A DNA stretch of 64,000 bases from Phoronis australis. Lineage: Eukaryota > Animalia > Phoronida. Positions 62,804 through 64,000 of the stretch are shown one piece after another. A program made the translations under genes and the position numbers. Every line of letters begins with the position of its first letter. Within the stretch, counting starts at the first letter, position 1. Below the pieces are notes generated by a model. It saw only the letters and a program-made list of their open reading frames with translations. It was not told where the DNA came from and searched no databases. The stretch lies in the NCBI GenBank assembly GCA_002633005.1, contig NMRA01000203.1, positions 639,408 through 703,407 of the forward strand, given 5' to 3'.

Positions 62804-63051
62804 GTCAGAGACAGTTATTAAAGCAACTAATTAGAGATGATGTGATCCAATTTGACGACAACCAAAGTGGCACTGTGTGGCTGGTGGACCGCTTTCTAGA
62901 GGAAGTGGCAATTAAGCTGGACAGTAACGCAATAAAAACGATACCTGCGAATCTTGGCTCTCTGATGACGCAGTGGAATACTTTATCGTCTCCAAAAAAG
63001 AGGGCAGTTAGGGCGGATTACTTCGACTTTTGCAAGGGTCACACGCACTGA
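62804..63051 (+). CDS. possible terminal exon of an unknown gene
   Basis: aatttcag| followed by ~82 open codons (QRQLLKQLIRDDVIQFDD...RADYFDFCKGHTH*). No recognisable domain. Confidence 0.25.
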
Positions 63052-63067
63052 GTAGGAAATAATAACA

Positions 63068-63880
63068 TGTGAAAAAACTTGTTTCGATGTAACGGCAAGT
63101 CATTTTCAGCTTTACTGATCTAATATATTGTATTTTTCTTGCTCACTGCGTGTTATGCATGACTATATTTGAAACACCTTGTATGACAGACATGTACGGG
63201 TTAATATTTGGTTGGTGCTTGGCAATAAAAAATTTTGAATAAAAAATTCTACAAACTCCATGACATTGCTGATACCCAAGGTGTTCCATTTTTACACACA
63301 CTAGTTGTGTATTTTGTTGTGTATTTTTGAAGATGTTATATTGCATTAATAAGGACAATTTCATTGTTTGATACCAACGCAAAACTTTGTAGCAAGTAAT
63401 GGTATGTGTTAAGTGAAAAAACTTGTTTCGATCTAACGGCAAGTCCTTTTCAGTTTTACTGCCANAGGTGTTCCATTTTTACACACACTAGTTGTGTATT
63501 TTGTTGTGTATTTTTGAAGATGTTATATTGCATTAATAAGGATAATTTCATTGTTTGATACCAACGCAAAACTCTTAGTAGCAAGTAATGGTATGTGTTA
63601 AGTGAAAAAACTTGTTTCGATCTAACGGCAAGTCCTTTTCAGTTTTACTGCCATGATCTAAAATATTGTATTCTTCTTGCTCACTGAGTGTTATACACAT
63701 AACCAAAACCATTTTTGAAAAACCGTGTGTGATAGATATGTACGGGTTACTATTTTGTTGGTGCATATCCGACCAAGCACTTCGTATAATTTTTCATTCA
63801 AAGTTTTTTTATCATCAACTCCATTTTGGTGCTACCAAGGTGTTCCATTTTTACACACACTAGTTGTGTATTTTTTGAAA
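63068..63880. repeat. ~350-bp satellite-like tandem repeat with an N join at 63465
   Basis: gtgaaaaaacttgtttcgat.taacggcaagtc recurs at 63068, 63413 and 63602. aggtgttccatttttacacacactagttgtgtat recurs at 63279, 63466 and 63838. Confidence 0.8.
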
Positions 63881-64000
63881 ACATTACAGATGTCTCAATC
63901 AAATGATTGAAACCATGTGGCCATTGTAATTGATCATTTGTGTGACACAATTTGTGTTGGTGCTTGCTGATGTATATATGTATGGATGGTGCTTGCTTTT

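Noticed and set aside
63279-63653. Near-identical ~186-bp duplication within the satellite
   Set aside because: It is centred on the N at 63465 and is a probable contig-overlap artefact. The short duplication at N 60844 looks the same.

Overview
This is AT-rich, intron-containing animal genomic DNA, probably from a marine invertebrate; the taxon cannot be fixed from the sequence. The assembly has one 974-nt N gap and several single-N joins. Three host genes can be reconstructed by manual splicing. (1) A + strand opsin (32225-39781) of the tetraopsin type (Go-opsin/peropsin/neuropsin-like). It keeps K296, E181 and C187, but NPxxY(x)6F is changed to NPIIL(x)6I, and the TM3 exon is missing, probably inside the gap. 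(2) The last four exons of CMTR1 (cap methyltransferase 1) on the - strand (58683-51163). (3) A two-exon C-type lectin domain on the - strand (18438-14606). The rest is a dense mix of mobile DNA: a young Gypsy-type LTR element collapsed at an N, a Kolobok-like THAP remnant, a Penelope GIY-YIG fragment with hammerhead-type termini, several MITE families with 5-bp or 8-bp TSDs, Tx1/L1 and L2-like relics, a C2H2 zinc-finger pseudogene and mini/microsatellites. The most unusual items are the NPxxY-deviant opsin, a tRNA-headed hammerhead-containing retro-insertion, two repeat-borne arrays of same-orientation CTCF-like motifs spaced about 140 bp apart, and a 328-bp element with Polinton-type ends. 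Most ORF-track entries are spurious. All family assignments come from manual motif recognition, not database searches.
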